The notes: generated by a model from the sequence alone, not told the origin. DNA of 64,000 nt from Candidatus Kaiserbacteria bacterium (GCA_031430855.1 JANPCG010000012.1:496-64495), one strand, 5' to 3'. Counted from the first letter of the stretch, positions 39,097 through 48,459 are shown. Program-made: numbers and translations.

Positions 39097-39186
39097 TGGC
39101 GGAGAGAGGGAGATTCGAACTCCCGAGGAGGTTTCCCCCCTGACAGTTTTCAAGACTGTTCCATTCAACCGCTCTGGCATCTCTCC
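39097..39186 (-). tRNA. tRNA-Ser (anticodon UGA), type II with long variable arm, CCA encoded
   Basis: Reverse complement GGAGAGATGCCAGAGCGGTTGAATGG...CAGTCTTGAAAACTG...GGGAGTTCGAATCTCCCTCTCTCCGCCA folds as a class II tRNA. Confidence 0.85.
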
Positions 39187-39275
39187 AAATATGTAATTTT
39201 CTGCCGTCCGTTAGGAACAGATACTAGCAAATAATGGTGAAAATGTATACAGCTCTCATGCTACAATAATTCGTA

Positions 39276-39746
39276 ATGGATTCAATTGCACGCAGTGTGA
39301 CTTGGGATGCTCCTGAGCATCATCATATTGAAAAAGGGGGGGATTGGTTTTTCTCGCTTTTAATTATTACTATTGCGGTCGTTATTGCTGCCGTTTTCTT
39401 TAGTAATCTGTTATTTGCAATTTTGTGTGGTGTGGGTGGGGGAGTGCTCGCTATTGCTGCGAGTAAGCGACCAAAAATAATCCCCTATGCAGTGACTGTA
39501 CGAGGGATTCGGATTGGTGAAGCGTTGTACCCATATACCACCCTTCGATCGTGGCACATTGATGAAGATAATCCTCGTGGTCCTCAGCTCCTTGTGCTAT
39601 CAAAGAAGTACTTCATGCCCCTTTTGGTGCTCCCTATTCCCGAAGAGTATGTTGATGATATCGAAGATATTATTGCCGAACGCCTGGGCGAAGAATTTAT
39701 TGAAGAAACGTTCTTCAATATGTTTATGGAATTTCTCGGTTTTTAA
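39276..39746 (+). CDS. Hypothetical 2-TM membrane protein
   Basis: 156 aa; two TM helices then an acidic C-terminus. Confidence 0.35.
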   Translation: MDSIARSVTWDAPEHHHIEKGGDWFFSLLIITIAVVIAAVFFSNLLFAILCGVGGGVLAIAASKRPKIIPYAVTVRGIRIGEALYPYTTLRSWHIDEDNPRGPQLLVLSKKYFMPLLVLPIPEEYVDDIEDIIAERLGEEFIEETFFNMFMEFLGF

Positions 39747-39818
39747 TTAAAGAGAATCAAGTGACAGTCATAAAGCTCTGTGGTATTATCGCAGCACTCT
39801 GAAAAAGAGTAACAGACT

Positions 39819-39890
39819 GCTCTCATAGTTTAATGGATAGAATGCCAGTTTGCGGAATTGGCGATTCAGGTTCGATTCCTGGTGAGAGCA
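39819..39890 (+). tRNA. tRNA-Arg (anticodon reads GCG in my fold; unusual, uncertain)
   Basis: Acceptor GCTCTCA/TGAGAGC, T-arm TCAGG-TTCGATT-CCTGG, anticodon loop TTGCGGA; D-stem has two G-T wobbles. Confidence 0.55.
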
Positions 39891-40100
39891 CGAGTACAAA
39901 AATGAGCACCCTTCTGGGGTGCCATTTTTGTTCGTGCTCTCACAGAAACTGTGCCTGCGCACAGTTGCGACAGGAATCGAAAGTCGGAGTCATGTCGCTT
40001 TAGCGACAGACGAGACAGGGTCGTGAGTGACATAATTTTAGGGAGTGAAACGACCATAAAATTAGTCGACTCCTGACCGAACTTCCTGGTGAGAGCGGGT
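39884..40100 (+). repeat. About 210-bp tRNA-associated repeat, copy A, ending in a tRNA 3'-end copy
   Basis: About 85% identical to 40782-41000; begins in the tRNA-Arg 3' end and ends with cttcctggtgagagc. Confidence 0.7.
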
Positions 40101-40324
40101 CGAGAGTACTCAGTAACTCGTGACCGATTCCGCACGTGTACAATAAAACCTGGGAGGCTTTAGGACAAAAATCGAAGCCCGATTGAGCCCGTTTGTGAAC
40201 TGAAAGCGAAACAAAATAACAATTGGGTACACTGTTCATGTAATGAAAGTTCTCTAGCGAAGACACAGTCTAGCGAGACCTACTGAGAGGCTTAAACACC
40301 TTATAAACATAAATAATTCAATTT

Positions 40325-40618
40325 ATGAAGAAACACGTCATATTTTTCTCACTCCTATTATTTATAGCAATAGGAACACTATTGATTGTCCAAAATCAGC
40401 AAAATGTTGCAGGAAAACAAGAAAATCAATGCCTTGCTTCAGGTGGAGGGTGGGCGCCTTACTGGGATCAGATAGACTGTAATGGAAACAAACTTTTATC
40501 AAATTCTGATTTAGTTAATAGAGATAAGACATGTTGGTGCCATTCGCTAAACACGTGCTGGAACGGTACTGACTGCGTTTCTCGAGAGAGCAGTACACAA
40601 CCGTCCGAAAAAAATTGA
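40325..40618 (+). CDS. Small secreted Cys-rich protein (bacteriocin-like?)
   Basis: Signal peptide MKKHVIFFSLLLFIAIGTLLIV plus an about 70-aa mature part with 6 Cys; sits between the two repeat copies. Confidence 0.4.
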   Translation: MKKHVIFFSLLLFIAIGTLLIVQNQQNVAGKQENQCLASGGGWAPYWDQIDCNGNKLLSNSDLVNRDKTCWCHSLNTCWNGTDCVSRESSTQPSEKN

Positions 40619-40781
40619 GTCAGCATCACTTGCTCTACTAGCCACTTCTCAAAACTCCTAGGTTGTACGATATGTCTGGCTTACTCCATTAATAGATCCT
40701 ACTGACAGACCTTATTAAATGCTGGCCTGATTAGCTTAAAGACTCCTACAGGGCTTGATGAAAGATTTTTCCAGCCCGAGA

Positions 40782-41000
40782 GAGAGCACAAGCACAAAAA
40801 TGAGCACCCCTTAAAAAGGGTGCTATTTTCATTCGTGCTCTCACAGTAATTGTGCCTACGCACAGGTACGTCAGGAATCGAAAGTCGGAGTGATGTGAGT
40901 TTATGAACAAGTGAGACAGGGTCGTGAGCGACATATTTTTAAAGAGCGAAGCGATTATGAAAATAGTCGACTCCTGGCCGATTCCTGGCGACAGAACTGC
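40782..41000 (+). repeat. About 210-bp tRNA-associated repeat, copy B
   Basis: Homologous to 39884-40100; ends with gattcctggcgacag (a degenerate tRNA 3' end). Confidence 0.7.
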
Positions 41001-41121
41001 AAGGTATCCTTATCTCCTACACGAGTGAGTACAAGAATCTAATGTGAGATATAAAAAATGGACTGACATCGCACGAAGCGATGTCAGTCCAGCTACACAA
41101 GCGCCAGGTTTGCAACGGGTA

Positions 41122-41862
41122 TCAGACGTGCGCCACGCTCCGCAGGATGTGTCCTGCCGCAGTGGTTTTGCGATCGAGGCGAGTCAAGTCATGCAGCTGC
41201 ATCTTGATCGATGGACCCATCGATTGAGGTAGGCCGAAGTGGAGCAAGAAGTTCTGACCAAGACCGTGTCGCAAAAACGACTCGGTTTCTTCGGCAATTA
41301 CTTCTGGTTTGTCGCCCATACCTGCCCGAATCACACACTCTGGCATCTCTGCCATTTGACAGCTGCAGCCACAGCCGTGACCCAGAATACGCCCGGTCGC
41401 CACGTTGATGGTCGTTTGTACATCGAAGTACAGGCGACTGCAGAGCGGCAATGCATGAAGCATCGAGTCTGCAATTTGCCAGTTCATGGCGTCGGGGAGT
41501 AGATGTTCGATTTCAGGAATCCGCTCCTCAACCGTCGGATCTTCACGGGTGCCAAGAAATGCCAACGTAGCATAGAACTGTCTCGGCAGCCGGTCGTGGA
41601 AGCGCTGGAAGATGTGTTTCATTGCACCCAAATATTCCGTCTTTAGCCGAAACAGTGGGTCTCTCAGGCGGGGCTGATATTCATCGAAAGTAAAGCTCGA
41701 AACCCCGAGGTATCCAGCCGCGAACCGTTCCGCGATTTCTTGCCCCAGTCTGCACTGGTGCATGGTGTGCATATGCTCCATGAAGCCTTGCAGTGAAGCG
41801 ATGAGATCGGGATAGAAACCGTCCTGCTTGAGGATTTCAAGCGAGGGAGTTGTATGGGGCAT
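41122..41862 (-). CDS. Hypothetical protein with GHGCGCSC Cys cluster in a GC-rich (about 55%) block
   Basis: 246 aa ORF; strong compositional contrast with its flanks. Confidence 0.4.
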   Translation of the reverse strand: MPHTTPSLEILKQDGFYPDLIASLQGFMEHMHTMHQCRLGQEIAERFAAGYLGVSSFTFDEYQPRLRDPLFRLKTEYLGAMKHIFQRFHDRLPRQFYATLAFLGTREDPTVEERIPEIEHLLPDAMNWQIADSMLHALPLCSRLYFDVQTTINVATGRILGHGCGCSCQMAEMPECVIRAGMGDKPEVIAEETESFLRHGLGQNFLLHFGLPQSMGPSIKMQLHDLTRLDRKTTAAGHILRSVAHV

Positions 41863-41942
41863 GTTAGACCTCCTCTAAGGAACAAATTAGTGGCATCATT
41901 GCCACCCCTCTATACCCATAAGATACAGAGGGGTGAGAACGA

Positions 41943-42784
41943 TTAATGATGAGCAAACTTGTGATTGCGTGTAAATTTCATTCTGGTACGAACTAATCGA
42001 TTGTTGTTATTTAATGTCTGAGCTACGGTAACTATTTCTTCAAGCTCGTCTTGCCACTCTAATACTGTTCCCGAAGGGTTTCTTTGTACATTATTACTCT
42101 CTGGTAGATACACTACTGGAGTAATTCCTAATTCTTTCTCAATGAAATCTTTGTCCTCGCTATCACTAATTTTGTTGCCAACAAATAAATATGGTGTTTG
42201 ATAAAAGTCCATCAGTCCAGCAATCTGTTTGGCGGTTTTAATGCTGTGAAGGGATGGTTCGCAGACAATTACTCCAATATCAATACCCGTTACTATTCCT
42301 GTTGTAACACCATCCGCTCCTGCTTTTTCATCAACGACGACCACTTCATTTTCCTGAAGAGTTAAAAGCGGCAAGTACACCTTGAGTGCCGTGGACAAAC
42401 TGTGACTACATGCCTTGCCATATAAAACAGTATCAGTTTGGGGGCCGGCTGCCATTAAGTACATAGTAGTATTTATTTTTTTGTATATTGGGTAGTTATT
42501 ATATCTGCAGGAGAAAGAGAAAATTGTGCAGTAATATCAACCAAAAATGCTTCTGAATACTTACTGCTGTCCGGCAAATTAATAAACGTTTGCATATCTT
42601 TCAGGCTTCCACCGATATACTTCATTTCTGGCAACTGCCCATTACAAAGATTGTATGAGAGGTCCATATTATGGTCGGCATCGACAGCTAAAACAGTTTT
42701 CCCCTGAGTATGAAAAAAAAGCGCCATCTGTGTTGCCGCTGATGATTTTCCGCTGCCTCCTTTACCTAAAAATCCAATAATCAT
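41943..42784 (-). pseudogene. CooC/MinD/ParA-family P-loop ATPase, split by a stop and frameshift
   Basis: 42473-42784 encodes a Walker A KGGSGKSS N-terminus; a stop and a 2-nt frame offset precede 41943-42464, which encodes the CooC-like C-terminus. Confidence 0.45.
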
Positions 42785-42977
42785 ATTTGCAAATTAGTTG
42801 CATTAATATATCAGAATTATTTCATAATGCAACTAAATTGCATTATGGGAGGTCTTTCATCGTACACTTGTAGTCAGTATTTTTTCTGAGTAAATCTATA
42901 GCCAACTATTAATGTATCATTTAGTTAAAATATTTCTCTACCTTTATCTATTTCGTATAACCCGTTACAATACCCTC

Positions 42978-43358
42978 ATGCGATTACTTGGTATTGATTA
43001 TGGATCTAAAAAAACAGGCCTAGCTCTCACCGATGAATCGGGAAGTATGGCCTTTCCTCATAGTGTTATCCCAACAAATGCTGACCTATTAAAGACTGTA
43101 GAAGCCTTGATCGTAAGAGAAAAGGTTGGAGAGATAGTACTTGGGTACTCACTCAATCGAGACGGAGAGCCAAATAAAGTACATGAAGCAGCCTCCGAGT
43201 TACTATTGGATCTCACGCTGGCGACCGGTCTGCCTGTCCATCTACAACCAGAACAATACACCACCCAGGCCGCTATCAGGCTGCAGGGGAAATCAGTCAT
43301 GACGGATGCCGCTGCTGCTGCATTAATATTGGATAGTTTTATTACTCAAAAAAAATAA
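42978..43358 (+). CDS. ruvX: YqgF/RuvX-like Holliday-junction-resolvase-fold nuclease
   Basis: MRLLGIDYGSKKTGLALTD start typical of YqgF. Confidence 0.8.
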   Translation: MRLLGIDYGSKKTGLALTDESGSMAFPHSVIPTNADLLKTVEALIVREKVGEIVLGYSLNRDGEPNKVHEAASELLLDLTLATGLPVHLQPEQYTTQAAIRLQGKSVMTDAAAAALILDSFITQKK

Positions 43359-43360
43359 TT

Positions 43361-43693
43361 ATGGATACTATTACATACGAGGATTTTGCGAAACTAGAAA
43401 TTGTGATTGGAACTATTACGGCTGTTGAAGTAGTGCCAGATTCATCAAAACTGCTTAAATTAACCGTGGATATTGGAACTGATACCCCACGACAAATATT
43501 GTCAGGTATTAAAAAATACTTTGAAGACCCGCAGTCACTCGTCGGGGTACAGACACCTTTTTTAATAAATTTAGAAACAAAAGTAATCGCAGGACTCGAG
43601 AGTCAGGGTATGATTTTGGCTGCGGGTACTGATGAAGAGTTTGCCTTGCTGACGACAGTGACTCACATAAGTTCTGGCGCTAAGGTAAGATAA
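43361..43693 (+). CDS. tRNA-binding OB-fold protein (CsaA/Trbp111-like)
   Basis: KLEIVIGTITAVEVVPDSSKLLKLTVDIG pattern of the EMAP/CsaA tRNA-binding domain. Confidence 0.6.
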   Translation: MDTITYEDFAKLEIVIGTITAVEVVPDSSKLLKLTVDIGTDTPRQILSGIKKYFEDPQSLVGVQTPFLINLETKVIAGLESQGMILAAGTDEEFALLTTVTHISSGAKVR

Positions 43694-43697
43694 GGGA

Positions 43698-44312
43698 ATG
43701 AACAGTTCTCCTTTTGACGAACAACATTCACTACAAGAAGTGGCACTTTCTCGAGGTGAGAAGTTGTTACGATCTCGGTACGGCTTGTATGGACTTGGAT
43801 TAATTTCTTATGCGGAGTCGGTATTACCAATTCCAATTCTGACTGATCCTTTTCTCGTAGTATACATTCTTGCTAATCGTAAAAAAGCGATATTGGCGAT
43901 CATCGTTGCTACCCTTACTTCATTGGCGGGAGGTGTGACGGCTTATTATTTAGGCTATCTCTTTGCTGATATGTTTTTACCGCTGCTTGGTCCAGAAACC
44001 CTGGAGCAATTTAATGCATTGGCGGTGCGTGTGCACGATGAAACTTTTATTCTTACTATTCTTGGAGCATTAACACCTGTTCCCTATACAGGCGTAGCGG
44101 TGGCAGCTGGTTTTGTGCACGGAAATTTTATGGCATTTGTTGCTGGATCACTTCTCGCGAGAATACTCCGCTACGGTCTCGTCGGGTACCTTACGTATTA
44201 TTTTGGAGCCCAGTGCATGAATATATTAAAAAAGCACACTGTATCATTAACTCTCGGGACTATTGTACTGATTGGTTTGTATGTTGCGTACCGAATGTGG
44301 TTATCGGTGTAG
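43698..44312 (+). CDS. YqaA/DedA-like membrane protein
   Basis: 204 aa polytopic; ISYAESVLPIPILTDPFL VTT-like motif. Confidence 0.4.
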   Translation: MNSSPFDEQHSLQEVALSRGEKLLRSRYGLYGLGLISYAESVLPIPILTDPFLVVYILANRKKAILAIIVATLTSLAGGVTAYYLGYLFADMFLPLLGPETLEQFNALAVRVHDETFILTILGALTPVPYTGVAVAAGFVHGNFMAFVAGSLLARILRYGLVGYLTYYFGAQCMNILKKHTVSLTLGTIVLIGLYVAYRMWLSV

Positions 44313-44363
44313 TTGTGAGTTGTTTGTATAATCCGTGCCATCAAGAGCGTATACTATAGAGTA

Positions 44364-45458
44364 ATGTCTGTCCTTTTAACTTTAGAAAAAATTATTCCAC
44401 CACCGTCGTTTTTGATGATGCCGAGTACGGGTGTTGATATTTCTGACACCTCACTCAAATACATCCGATTTGCACCAACTGCAAAACCGGGGGCAAAACG
44501 ACAACTCCAAGCTTGGGGTGAGGTTGATATTCCCGATGGAGTATTAAGTCGAGGATCGGTTTTGGATCAAAAAAAATTGATTAGTGTGTTGGAAGAATTT
44601 AAATCTAAAACGAATATCGATCATATTCGAGTATCATTACCAGAAGAGCGAGCCTACCTTTTTGAAACCGAAATAAAACGATCTACTCCAGCTAAAGAAA
44701 TCAGGGGGTTACTTGAGTTTCGTCTTGAAGAAAATGTTCCTATCCCAGCCCGTGAAGCATTTTTTGATTATGATATTCTTGAAGATCGTACAACCGATCA
44801 GTCATTGCGGGTGGTAGTAGCAGCGTATTCTCGCGAAACAATCCTAAATTATTATGATGCCTGTATTGCAGCTAAACTCACACCAGTTTCTTTTGAAGTT
44901 GAGGCTCAGGCAATGGTTCGCTCAGTTTTGCCGCATCATGCTCCTGGTGCCCATATGCTGGTTGATTTTGGGAAAACAAGAACGGGTATCGGTATTGTTC
45001 TTGGTGGGGTACTCATGTATACCTCGACAATTGAATTTGGCGGAAATCAACTTTCTGAAATCCTGCGAAAAGAACTGGGTGAGTTATCAGAATCAGAAAT
45101 AACGCAAATAAAAAACACTCAAGGTCTCATTAAAGGCGTCATTGATACGAGGAGTTATGATGCGTTAATTTCTACTATTTCAGTTATTAAGGATGAAATT
45201 TCTTCCCGTATTCAGTATTGGCATTCTACTCGAGAGGAGAATGGTGTGCGAAGAATTTCTTCGGTAGTACTTTGTGGAGGGAGTGTGAACCTAAAAGGTT
45301 TGCCTGAATATTTAACCGAAGCGCTTGGAATACCGACAGAACGAGCTAATGTTTGGCAAAATGCATTTAGTTTAGATACAGTAATTCCGCCCATAGATTT
45401 GCGACACTCATATGGTTACGCGACGGCAATCGGTTTGGCTCTCAAACGGACGGTATAA
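44364..45458 (+). CDS. pilM: Type IV pilus assembly protein PilM
   Basis: Actin-like ATPase fold, VDISDTSLKYIRF N-terminus; the real start may be ATG 44415. Confidence 0.7.
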   Translation: MSVLLTLEKIIPPPSFLMMPSTGVDISDTSLKYIRFAPTAKPGAKRQLQAWGEVDIPDGVLSRGSVLDQKKLISVLEEFKSKTNIDHIRVSLPEERAYLFETEIKRSTPAKEIRGLLEFRLEENVPIPAREAFFDYDILEDRTTDQSLRVVVAAYSRETILNYYDACIAAKLTPVSFEVEAQAMVRSVLPHHAPGAHMLVDFGKTRTGIGIVLGGVLMYTSTIEFGGNQLSEILRKELGELSESEITQIKNTQGLIKGVIDTRSYDALISTISVIKDEISSRIQYWHSTREENGVRRISSVVLCGGSVNLKGLPEYLTEALGIPTERANVWQNAFSLDTVIPPIDLRHSYGYATAIGLALKRTV

Positions 45459-45462
45459 TTAT

Positions 45463-46011
45463 ATGATAAATCTCCTCCCCCCAACCGCACGAAGAAGTAT
45501 TGTCCGAGAATATTGGCTTCGGGTAGCTACTGTATGGATGTTTCTTTTAGGGACCGGCTGCCTAATTATTGCTGCCTTACTTTTACCTACGTACGTACAA
45601 ATTCATATTCAACTCAGGGCACTTTCTGAGTCAGTAAATGCTTCAACTGAAATGATTACGTCGTATGATACTCTCGCTCAGGAGTTACTGACTGCAAACG
45701 ATCGCGCTAAAATATTAATCAATGCTGCCAGCTCGACGCCATTTTCAACGTATGTTAATTCCATAGAGGAGCTATCCGGCCAAGCTATTTCGATTAATAC
45801 GTATACGTTCACTCGACCAAAAACAGGCGAGGCTACCATCACCGTTTCTGGTGTAGCTCGCACCCGACAGGAGCTCGCTGATTTTAAAGATGTACTCAGT
45901 ACCGATGGAGCATTTAGTCGAGTAGAGCTCCCGATTTCAAATCTCATAAAAGAAAAAGATTTACTCTTTTCTATGCAGCTCATTGTTTCTACAAGTACAA
46001 ATCCACTATGA
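45463..46011 (+). CDS. pilN: Type IV pilus assembly protein PilN
   Basis: MINLLPPTARR N-terminus plus a single TM. Confidence 0.7.
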   Translation: MINLLPPTARRSIVREYWLRVATVWMFLLGTGCLIIAALLLPTYVQIHIQLRALSESVNASTEMITSYDTLAQELLTANDRAKILINAASSTPFSTYVNSIEELSGQAISINTYTFTRPKTGEATITVSGVARTRQELADFKDVLSTDGAFSRVELPISNLIKEKDLLFSMQLIVSTSTNPL

Positions 46012-46538
46012 CAAAAAGCACCAAAACAACATCTATTATAGCGGCAAGTTACTTTACTTTATTTGCTGGAATGCTTTCCTGTGCACTCTATTTAGTCCAT
46101 CAGCAAGGCTCTTCTCTTGATGAAACACGCCATGCTTTGGCAGAGCATTCTGCCAAAGAAGTCGCATACAACTCGGTGGTTAGCATAACTGAAAATAGTC
46201 AGACAAAGCGAGAAGAATTGGCCGGGTATTTTATTACTGAGCGTGATACGGTTGGCTTTATTGCTGATATAGAAAGTGCTGCAGCTATCATTGGAGTTGG
46301 GTTTATTACTACCGAGTTATCCGTAACTGAACTACAGTCAATAGACGGAGTTGTTGTTCCTGCAACACTCGTAGTAGGGAGTAAATTTACCGGCACAAAA
46401 ACGGCTGTTAATAAATTCCTAATCTTATTAGAAAATTTACCCTATCACACCAACATTCCTTCCGTTACGTTATCAAATCAGTCGGAGGATGGGACGTATA
46501 CTGGACAGGCTGAAATAATACTCACGATAAAACCATGA
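46008..46538 (+). CDS. pilO: PilO-like pilus assembly protein
   Basis: 176 aa; N-terminal TM; operon position after pilN. Confidence 0.5.
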   Translation: MTKSTKTTSIIAASYFTLFAGMLSCALYLVHQQGSSLDETRHALAEHSAKEVAYNSVVSITENSQTKREELAGYFITERDTVGFIADIESAAAIIGVGFITTELSVTELQSIDGVVVPATLVVGSKFTGTKTAVNKFLILLENLPYHTNIPSVTLSNQSEDGTYTGQAEIILTIKP

Positions 46539-46996
46539 TAGAAACTAAAGATATAACCAAAATGGTGCAACATGTCGTACGGCGAAAACGCGGTATTGCT
46601 GATCCACAAATTATGCACCCCATGCGGGAGTGGGTGATTGGAATTGGAGTAGCAGCAGCGGTTGTAACAGCTGGCTCCGTTCTCGCTGCGACTCTCTATA
46701 ACTATTATGATGAAAAGCGAGATACCATTATTACGGTAAGTGAAACATTGGTGCCCTACAACGCCGCCTTGATAGAATCAGCGCTTACTCAGTATCGTCA
46801 AAAGCAGCAACAGTATAATCTAATTGTAGGAACGAGTATCTCGTCAGTGCCCACTACTGAGTCGACTAAAGAAACGGCTACCTCAACTGAAACGACAGAG
46901 AGCGGTGTTGTTAAAGATGAAATTCGAATTCCAGAAATAATCCCACAAGAAACCGTTGATGCAGAAGCTGTGACGACTCCTGATTTAGCAATATAG
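46535..46996 (+). CDS. Pilus-operon membrane-anchored hypothetical (PilP-like position)
   Basis: 153 aa with one TM and a Thr/Ser-rich tail. Confidence 0.35.
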   Translation: MIETKDITKMVQHVVRRKRGIADPQIMHPMREWVIGIGVAAAVVTAGSVLAATLYNYYDEKRDTIITVSETLVPYNAALIESALTQYRQKQQQYNLIVGTSISSVPTTESTKETATSTETTESGVVKDEIRIPEIIPQETVDAEAVTTPDLAI

Positions 46997-47118
46997 GAAA
47001 AAGAAAAATAGAATTAAAGTTTGTGCCATAGACCAGAACGCTCTCGTGTGTCTGGTTGGTCATTTGTGTCCAGGCAAGGAATCTAACATTATCTGTTCAG
47101 TACAGGTTGTCGATATTG

Positions 47119-47190
47119 TGCCTCCGCTAGGAATCGAACCTAGAATAACGGCTTAGAAGTCCGCAGTTATATCCATTTAACTACAAAGGC
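47119..47190 (-). tRNA. tRNA-Arg (anticodon UCU)
   Basis: Reverse complement GCCTTTGTAGTTAAATGGATATAACTGCGGACTTCTAAGCCGTTATTCTAGGTTCGATTCCTAGCGGAGGCA; anticodon loop CTTCTAA. Confidence 0.75.
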
Positions 47191-47289
47191 AATTTTAAAA
47201 GTTCTTATGGCTGGAATCGAAACGTACCGTTTCAGTACAGGTTGTCACTATTTTAGTGCACGAATGCAAAAAATACTAGCAACCTCTTG

Positions 47290-47385
47290 ATACCGTATCC
47301 CATACTGTATCAACCTAGTATAACGGCTTAGAAGTCCGATGAAATCGGCTCCCCGCAGATTTCATTATCCATTTAACTACCGGGA
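47290..47385 (-). repeat. Degenerate partial copy of tRNA-Arg(UCU) with an inserted hairpin (pseudo-tRNA)
   Basis: Shares taacggcttagaagtccg and ccatttaactac with the intact tRNA; has an atgaaatcggctccccgcagatttcat insertion; T-arm destroyed. Confidence 0.55.
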
Positions 47386-47482
47386 CAGGGTAGGTACATT
47401 ATGTATGCACGTGGCGTTAGAATAGCAGAAAATTATAGAGGAGGAAACCAGATGGGGAAGCAGGTCTGATATAGTAGAAGGC

Positions 47483-48229
47483 ATGAAATTGATTAATCTA
47501 AATGTGGAAGGGCTTATTCACTCTGAAAAAATATTCCCTTTTTTATTAACAGAATCAGCTGACGTGGTCTGTTTGCAAGAGGCGGCTGCGATTCATGTTA
47601 AATTTCTCCAAGAAAATGGCTACTCTGTTGTATTTGAGGAGCGGTGTATCCGTGAACAAAATGGAGTAGAATTTATTGACGGACTCCTATTCGCTACCAA
47701 GAAACCAGCTTCGGTTTCGATGTTCTGCTATCACAAACCAGGTTTGCCAGTAGAGACAGAGAATTTTAATTACGAGACCGAACGGAATCCTACACCGCGA
47801 CATATTCTTGTAGGAAGTGTCTCAATTGATGGGGTCGAATTTGTAATCGGGACGACACACTTTACTTGGACACGCGACGGCGATGTAGCTTGCGCGGCAC
47901 AGCAAGAAGATATGCAGAAGTTTTTAGGGTGTGCCAAAGACCTACCCGACCATATTATGTGTGGCGATTTTAATATTCCGCGTCACTACAATTCTATGTA
48001 TCAGGAATTACTGGATGTGTATACTGACGAAATACCCGAGTCATATAAAACAAGTCTTGATGCTTCATTTCATCGTTTAAATCAAGACGAAGTAAAAAGA
48101 GAGAAGCTCGATCGGTATATGGTTGATTACGTATTTCAAACTAAAGGGTATCTCATCAATAATATCCGTTTAGAGTTTGGATTAAGTGACCACGCTGCCA
48201 TTGTGGCAGAGGTAGGGAGGGGTAAATAA
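47483..48229 (+). CDS. Endonuclease/exonuclease/phosphatase (EEP) family protein
   Basis: N-terminal LNVEGL, internal CLQE, C-terminal SDHAAI motifs. Confidence 0.65.
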   Translation: MKLINLNVEGLIHSEKIFPFLLTESADVVCLQEAAAIHVKFLQENGYSVVFEERCIREQNGVEFIDGLLFATKKPASVSMFCYHKPGLPVETENFNYETERNPTPRHILVGSVSIDGVEFVIGTTHFTWTRDGDVACAAQQEDMQKFLGCAKDLPDHIMCGDFNIPRHYNSMYQELLDVYTDEIPESYKTSLDASFHRLNQDEVKREKLDRYMVDYVFQTKGYLINNIRLEFGLSDHAAIVAEVGRGK

Positions 48230-48411
48230 CGTTACGTCTTTCAAGTCTCTACGCAAATGATTTTCTGTGGTCACGAGTTACTCAATATTCAATTGATTGA
48301 GGGCTCGGTCACAGATAATTTTCTTCGAAAATTTCTGTGACCACGACTCGCTCGTAAACATCGCTGCGTCTTTCGAGCCCCTACGCAAGCAACGCAGGTT
48401 GCTTGCTCATC

Positions 48412-48459
48412 GCGCACAAATGCAAAAACCGCCTGATGGCGGTTTTTGCATTTGTGCGC
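48412..48459 (-). terminator. Long perfect hairpin terminator abutting the tRNA-Val 3' end
   Basis: gcgcacaaatgcaaaaaccgcc-tgat-ggcggtttttgcatttgtgcgc. Confidence 0.7.

Larger units (their letters stand above)
24500..39190. mobile_element. Putative integrated genomic island (about 14.7 kb) at tRNA-Ser, with large serine recombinase, orphan methyltransferase and type I R-M/defence cargo
   Basis: Recombinase sits next to the tRNA-Ser 3' end; copies of that 3' end lie at 24503-24518, 24565-24582 (direct) and 24645-24668 (inverted, 18 nt perfect); cargo is typical of mobile elements. Confidence 0.5.

Noticed and set aside
39866-40135. 89-aa and 62-aa minus-strand ORFs (also 40746-40934) inside the 210-bp repeats
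   Set aside because: Differences between the two copies are mostly non-synonymous with no sign of purifying selection; ORF A runs into the tRNA; treated as non-coding repeat.
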